From Parcubacteria group bacterium CG10_big_fil_rev_8_21_14_0_10_36_14 (lineage in GTDB: Bacteria; Patescibacteriota; Patescibacteriia; GCA-002772895): a stretch of DNA of 64,000 nucleotides. Below the pieces are notes generated by a model. That model had not been told where the DNA came from, did no database searches, and saw only the letters and a program-made list of their open reading frames with translations. Positions 58,711 through 64,000 of this stretch are shown here, in pieces; positions within the stretch are counted from its first letter, which is position 1; each line of letters starts with the position of its first letter. The stretch spans positions 6,728 through 70,727 of the forward strand of contig PFCS01000050.1 in assembly GCA_002772895.1 (NCBI GenBank), in the 5' to 3' direction. The position numbers were made by a program, and so were the translations under genes.

Positions 58711-60033
58711 ATAAGCAAACCCATAGACTCCTAGGGCAATATATATGTATATGTACGGATTGACTGGTTGCCGGAAACGGGAATAAGACGCTACGCCTGT
58801 CGCCAGGACAAAATAATAAATTAAAAAAAGAAGGAATACCGCACTTATTCTATTGTCCTTGAAGCCAAATATCCAATAAAGCACACCAAACAAAGCGAAT
58901 AAATTCAGTATCAAAAGTATTGCCTTGCCACCCAAAAATATGACCCCGCCAACTCCCCTATATTGTAGTACGGGAATTTTTAAAATATCTTTCCAGGAAT
59001 AAAACCAAGTTTCAAAAACTACTCTTTGCTGTTCAAGCGGTGGATATATAGCAGCGGCTGTAGTAAAATAACTATCACCCAGAAAAAAAGGAATCATATT
59101 TGATAAATGAACCTCCATAAAAGCAATGGGATGAGCGGCAATGTACTTTAAAGTAACTAATTTTAGATCATTCATTTTTATGTCACCTATTTCTGCCACA
59201 TTATCACCGACATTTAAATATGTCATCGTCAAATATTTTCTAAAAGCTACGGTTTTGCTTGCTGAAGATAAATCAAAAGTATTAAATAAAACTTTATTCC
59301 TTGCGGCCCAGGGAGAGATCAAAATTATAAATGCTGCAACCATCAACAATATGGCAACAAAATAGCGGAAAAAAGAGCAAAAATTTATTTTTTTAATTAC
59401 TGCTAAGGAAAAAATTACAAAAACTAATAAAATAAATTGCGCGACCGGTCTCACATAATTAAGACATGCCAATAACGCGCCTGTCACAAGAAAAGCTAAA
59501 GGGTTGACCTGGCGGTTTATGAGAATCTTTTTTACAAAAATATAAACGCTAACTACCAATATAAAAGTAAACAATGTCTCGCTAAGCAACTGATTATTCC
59601 AATAAATCACAGCTGGTTCGCACGCATATATGGCCGCCGCTAACAGAGCTATTGATTTTTTTCGCAAGAGCAAAATACACAACTTATAAATAATAACTAT
59701 AACAAAAAGCGCAAGTAAATCTTGGAATAAAACTGTGGGCCAGGCTACGGGAATAAAACGGTAAAAAATAGAAATAACAAAGGGATAGCCCGGCGTCCTA
59801 AAAAACTCATTCTCAAAAGGGGACGTTTCGTTTCTTGAAAAAACACTATGTTCAGATAGATTCTTTGCCAGTGTCAGATACTGCTCAGAATCCTCGCTGT
59901 TATGAGGATAAAAACCCTTATCTCCGAAATTATGTAAAATAAACCCAAAAAAAATTATGCGCAAAATGAGAGCCACCGCTAAAACAAGTAGCAAGCCTCT
60001 ATTTTTCTTAATGAATTTTTTAATTCTAAGCAT
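58684..60033 (-). CDS. GT-C membrane glycosyltransferase (ArnT/PMT-like)
   Basis: EDSEQY, RTPGYP, LLSETLF, RP, PWAARN, RFRQP; multiple TM segments. Confidence 0.82.
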   Translation of the reverse strand: MLRIKKFIKKNRGLLLVLAVALILRIIFFGFILHNFGDKGFYPHNSEDSEQYLTLAKNLSEHSVFSRNETSPFENEFFRTPGYPFVISIFYRFIPVAWPTVLFQDLLALFVIVIIYKLCILLLRKKSIALLAAAIYACEPAVIYWNNQLLSETLFTFILVVSVYIFVKKILINRQVNPLAFLVTGALLACLNYVRPVAQFILLVFVIFSLAVIKKINFCSFFRYFVAILLMVAAFIILISPWAARNKVLFNTFDLSSASKTVAFRKYLTMTYLNVGDNVAEIGDIKMNDLKLVTLKYIAAHPIAFMEVHLSNMIPFFLGDSYFTTAAAIYPPLEQQRVVFETWFYSWKDILKIPVLQYRGVGGVIFLGGKAILLILNLFALFGVLYWIFGFKDNRISAVFLLFLIYYFVLATGVASYSRFRQPVNPYIYIYIALGVYGFAYKIKNATKK

Positions 60034-60042
60034 AATAGATGC

Positions 60043-61478
60043 TTATTTAAACTTCATTTGGGTTGACGGCACTTTGGCACCTCTACCAAAACCCAAAATC
60101 CACTTAATAAAAAATTTTGATATTGCTTTTATCGTATTCAAATCGTAAACGCCTATTTTATAAAAACGCCTCAAAATATATTTTGGACGAAAATAAAATG
60201 TTTTAAATGCTTTTTTATAAAATTCTTCCACTTTTTCCGAAGCAACGGTAGGCAATTCCATAATTGACTGAGAAAAATTATATTGGGTCCAATCCTCCGT
60301 TTTTAAATACCCCTCTTCTTTTGCCCAGTAGTACATTTCTGTCCCAGGATAAGGCGTGGCAATATTAAAAACCGCTAAATCAGGATCGAGCTCCACGGCG
60401 TAATTTAAAGTTTTTTGCATTGTTTCTTCTGTCTCTCCCGGATTGCCAAACATAAAAGCCAACCTACAATTAATCCCAACTTCTTTCGTCATTTTTACGA
60501 CTTCCTCAACGCGTGGCAAATTTATACGTTTCCGAATATTTAATAAAATTTGCGGGTCAGCCGACTCAACACCATACATTATTTGATGGCAACCTGCCTT
60601 TTTTAAAATATCCAAAGTTTCTCTATCCACACAATCAACACGCGAAAAACAAGACCATGATATATTAACCTTTTCTGCGATAACCAGTTCACAAAATTCT
60701 TTTATATTTCTTTTCACCGCAGTAAAAGTATCATCGTAAAAAGATATTTCTCGAATTCCATGGTTTTTTTGTAATAATTTTATTTCATCTAAAAGACGAC
60801 GCGCTGTAAAATATCTTATTCGCGGACCAAAGTTCTGATAACAATAGGTACATGTACCCGGGCAACCTCTCGTCGCTATAAAACCAAAAGCCGGCAATCG
60901 TTTGTATGCTCCTAGGGCTGGATGATACTTTTCCATCGGTAAAAGATGAGTAGGGAGAAATGGTAAAATATCCAAATCTACTAAAAATGGGCGTCTTTCA
61001 TTATGGATAATTTGCTGATCTTTTTTATAAGATAATCCCAAAATTTCGCTCAAGGATTTACCGAAAACAAGCTCGTTCATAGCAAATTCTCCTTCATCAC
61101 GAATAACATAATCTACAAAATCATTCGATAAAACCTCGTCAGGTCTTAATGTGGAATGGACTCCACCAAAAACAATTTTGCTATCTGGAAAAATTTCTTT
61201 ACAAATTTTAGCGCTTTCCAAAGCATTATTTATAATTCTAGTTGTGCCGGTAAGACCAATAAAATCCGGCTTTTCTTTTAATCCTTCTAAACGCAGTTTC
61301 AACAACTCTGCCGTCAATTGTTCTGCACGCGCATCTATCATAATAACTTTTCGTGGCCCTTTTCCAAAAGAACTCCCGCAACTGACAATAAACCTATGGA
61401 TGGGTAGCACGGATTTATAATTGACCATGCACTTATATTGTCTATAATCCAAGGAGGATTAATTAATAATACCTTCAT
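60043..61478 (-). pseudogene. Cobalamin-binding radical SAM protein #3 with a frameshift near codon 43 (pseudogene, recoding or assembly error)
   Basis: The true N-terminus MKVLLINPP...PSIGLLSVAGVLLEKGHE starts at ATG 61478 in a different frame from the body (GGVHST, RGCPGTCTYC, DDTF, GVES). The frames switch near 61348-61351. Confidence 0.85.
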
Positions 61479-61482
61479 AGCT

Positions 61483-62178
61483 TTAATCAAAAAAATTAAA
61501 TTTTATAATACACCACAGGGCGCTAATAGCATCTTTCCAATTTATTTTTTTTCCCTCTTCATATGTCCTACCTGAATAGGAAATACCTACCTCATATATA
61601 CGAAATTTATTTTTTGCAATCTTGGCTGTGATTTCTGGTTCAAATCCAAAACGATTTGATTGTAAAGTAGGACCTATTGTTTCTATTACTTTTTTTACAA
61701 AAACCTTATAACACGTTTCCATGTCAGTTAAAGTTAGATTGGTAAACATATTTGAAAGAAGTGTTAAAAATTTATTTCCCAATAAGTGCCAAAAATATAA
61801 AACACGATGGCTTCCTCCGCCAATAAAACGCGAACCATAAACAACATCTGCCCGCCCTGATAAAATCGGCTCCAAAAGTTTTGGATATTCCCCCGGGCTA
61901 TACTCTAAATCAGCATCTTGAATTAAAAATATATCTCCGGTTGCCTCTTTGAAACCGCGTCTCAAAGCAGCGCCCTTACCCTGGTTCTTTTCTTGATAGA
62001 AAACCCTGTATCTATTCTCTAAACTCTTCAAAATATCACGCGTACTATCAGTTGAAAAATCATCAATTAAAACTGTCTCTTTTTCTATGTCCCCCAAATC
62101 CACAGCATCAATCCTCTCTAATATTTTGAGAATTGTTTTTTCTTCATTATAAATTGGAACAATTATTGATAATTTCAT
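61483..62178 (-). CDS. Polyprenol-phosphate glycosyltransferase (DPM1-like GT2)
   Basis: [39 protein letters not shown]. Confidence 0.93.
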   Translation of the reverse strand: MKLSIIVPIYNEEKTILKILERIDAVDLGDIEKETVLIDDFSTDSTRDILKSLENRYRVFYQEKNQGKGAALRRGFKEATGDIFLIQDADLEYSPGEYPKLLEPILSGRADVVYGSRFIGGGSHRVLYFWHLLGNKFLTLLSNMFTNLTLTDMETCYKVFVKKVIETIGPTLQSNRFGFEPEITAKIAKNKFRIYEVGISYSGRTYEEGKKINWKDAISALWCIIKFNFFD

Positions 62179-62185
62179 AAAAATA

Positions 62186-63268
62186 TTATTGAATTTTATT
62201 CCATATTTCTTTTATTTTATTTAAATATTCTTCTTTTGTTAATAATATATTTTCTATCACTAGTCTAGCATTTTGCGCTAACCGATTGGCAAGCCCTCTG
62301 TCTTTTGCCAATCTTAATATTGCCTCCTTCAATGCTTCTTTATCATTTACCGGAACAACGAGCCCAGATTCTTCATTTTTTATTACCTCATCAGCCAGAC
62401 CAACATCCGTCATTATAATCGGCAAGCCACAAAAAACCGCCTCTATCACAGCCCTTCCCCAACCCTCATAAAGTGACGAATGAACAAAAATATCTGCTTC
62501 TCCGTAATATTTATCCAAATTTGTTTGATATCCGATAAAAGCAACGCTTTCTCCAAGTTGTAAATTGCGAACTAAAAGTTGTAAACTTTTTTTAAGCCAA
62601 CCCTCACCAGCAATAATAAGTTTTGCATTTGGTAGTTGCTTTTTTATTTCCGCAAACGCTTCTATAAGCTGTTTATGATTTTTAACAGGCACTAAATTTC
62701 CAACCGATAAAATAATAAAATCATTATTATCTTTCTGGGTTTTTATCAATTCTTTTCTTTCCGTAAAAATCGGAACAGTAGTAATATTTTTATTTATTTC
62801 TTCAATTGATCTTCTAATTCTTTCACTAACAACACGAACAAAAGTCGCTCGTCTTAAAATAAATTTTCCCAAATACCATCTAAAACGATTTAATAATCTT
62901 TCGTTTTTCCAATATTTATTTCCATACAAATCACCATGAAGCTGAACTTCCAGCCCAATTTTATATTTTTGCGCTAAAAGCCAGCCAATAAAACCCGTCT
63001 CAAACGGATCTTGAGATGTAATCACCCACTCATCTTTTACGCTTAAAATTTTACTCCCTATATTTTTTGCTTTCAATAAAGCAGCTAATCTATTACCAGA
63101 AGTCGGATAAACGAATATATTTTTATCCAGATTGTTTTTTTCCCCTGATTTACCCAAAATAATTATATGTAGCTCGTCGCAAATAGAGCCGTAATCCCTC
63201 ATTCGGCCAGCTGAACTTGAATTTTTGTCTAAAATTGAACCATCTAAGCTCAACATTAAAATCTTCAT
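62186..63268 (-). CDS. Glycosyltransferase family 4
   Basis: Start MKILMLS (63268); [21 protein letters not shown]. Confidence 0.92.
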   Translation of the reverse strand: MKILMLSLDGSILDKNSSSAGRMRDYGSICDELHIIILGKSGEKNNLDKNIFVYPTSGNRLAALLKAKNIGSKILSVKDEWVITSQDPFETGFIGWLLAQKYKIGLEVQLHGDLYGNKYWKNERLLNRFRWYLGKFILRRATFVRVVSERIRRSIEEINKNITTVPIFTERKELIKTQKDNNDFIILSVGNLVPVKNHKQLIEAFAEIKKQLPNAKLIIAGEGWLKKSLQLLVRNLQLGESVAFIGYQTNLDKYYGEADIFVHSSLYEGWGRAVIEAVFCGLPIIMTDVGLADEVIKNEESGLVVPVNDKEALKEAILRLAKDRGLANRLAQNARLVIENILLTKEEYLNKIKEIWNKIQ

Positions 63269-63270
63269 AA

Positions 63271-63299
63271 TTGACAAATTGGTCTTATTATATTAACAT
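63271..63299 (+). promoter_or_regulatory. Sigma70-type promoter for the second neuB
   Basis: TTGACA-17 bp-TAACAT. Confidence 0.6.
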
Positions 63300-63325
63300 A
63301 ATATAATTATATATTCAATGTTTAT

Positions 63326-64000
63326 ATGAATAAAACACCGCATAATTGCCTAAATAACGATAAAATTTTTATTATAGCCGAAGCAGGCAAAAATTTTATA
63401 CAGACAGAAAATGGCCGTCCCATATCGGAATACCTGGAAAACGCCAAAAAACTAGTACTGGAAGCTAAAAAAGCCGGAGCTGATGCCATAAAATTCCAAA
63501 CGCATAATGTTTACGATGAACAGCTTGATATAAATGTGATTTCATCACATTTTAAGAGTTCTGACCGCTATTCATGGGTAACTCGTAATACACTTGCAAC
63601 GCCCATGGAATTTTGGACGGAATTAAAAAACTTTTGCGACAAAATCGGAATTATCTTTTTTTCTACGCCAATGTCAAGAGGCGCAGCAAAAAAAATTAAT
63701 CACTTAATACCCTTTTGGAAGGTGGGATCAGGCGATATCCTAGACTTTGTAATGCTCGATTATCTTGCAGACACTAAAAAACCAATTATCCTTTCGTCGG
63801 GAATGAGCACACTTGAAGAAACCGACTTAGCAATTAATTTTTTAAAAAAACGAGGTGCAGAAATACATCTTTTGCATTGCGTTTCCAAATATCCGTGCGC
63901 GCCCGAGGATCTAAAATTAAATACAATCCCCTTCTTGAATGAAAGATATGGCATTAGAACCGGATTTTCCGACCATTCTTTAAATATTACTTCCGTGCTT
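63326..64000 (+). CDS. neuB: Nonulosonic acid synthase, NeuB family, second copy (runs off the window edge)
   Basis: Not in the ORF track; translated by hand: FIIAEAGKNF, AGADAIKFQTH, FSTPM, WKVGSGD, LSSGMS, LHCVSKYP, GFSDHS. Confidence 0.92.
   Translation, partial: MNKTPHNCLNNDKIFIIAEAGKNFIQTENGRPISEYLENAKKLVLEAKKAGADAIKFQTHNVYDEQLDINVISSHFKSSDRYSWVTRNTLATPMEFWTELKNFCDKIGIIFFSTPMSRGAAKKINHLIPFWKVGSGDILDFVMLDYLADTKKPIILSSGMSTLEETDLAINFLKKRGAEIHLLHCVSKYPCAPEDLKLNTIPFLNERYGIRTGFSDHSLNITSVL

Noticed and set aside
61335-61343. TGA readthrough (code 25 or selenocysteine) as the explanation for the split radical SAM gene
   Set aside because: TGA is followed immediately by TAG and the continuation is in another frame. 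Other genes use TGA as a normal stop.
1502-63954. Many short (60-126 aa) ORFs in the track that are antisense to, or nested in, long genes
   Set aside because: They overlap well-supported genes, show no recognisable motifs and look like shadow ORFs.
1-64000. tRNA, rRNA, IS, integrase or prophage features
   Set aside because: Intergenic gaps are short and AT-rich, and no cloverleaf, transposase or integrase motifs were recognised by eye. A covariance-model scan would be needed to exclude small RNAs.

Overview
AT-rich, gene-dense bacterial window read in genetic code 11. DUF5667, an S8 protease with FG-GAP-like repeats, a short UDP-glucose dehydrogenase and scarce Shine-Dalgarno sites suggest a Patescibacteria/CPR (Parcubacteria-like) genome; this is inference. 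After a window-truncated lon and two small genes, about 60 kb (2.9-64 kb) is one mostly minus-strand surface-glycan locus. It holds a priming transferase, a Wzx flippase, GT2/GT4/GT-C glycosyltransferases and nucleotide-sugar enzymes. It also holds a duplicated nonulosonic-acid pathway (2x NeuA, 2x NeuC, 2x NeuB), 8 class I methyltransferases, 3 B12-dependent radical SAM enzymes and FemAB-like GNAT proteins. The best candidate for an undescribed system is a CBS + VTC (polyphosphate polymerase) + DUF4956 module co-transcribed with neuBAC, together with two membrane-anchored CotH-kinase/beta-helix proteins whose catalytic motifs are altered. Also seen: two paralogous TagF-like GT-B proteins that may be nonulosonate transferases, two apparent frameshifts and a recurring TTGAC-N6-GTCAA-like promoter palindrome. 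No rRNA, tRNA, CRISPR array or mobile element was recognised. All family calls come from reading motifs by eye, not from database searches.
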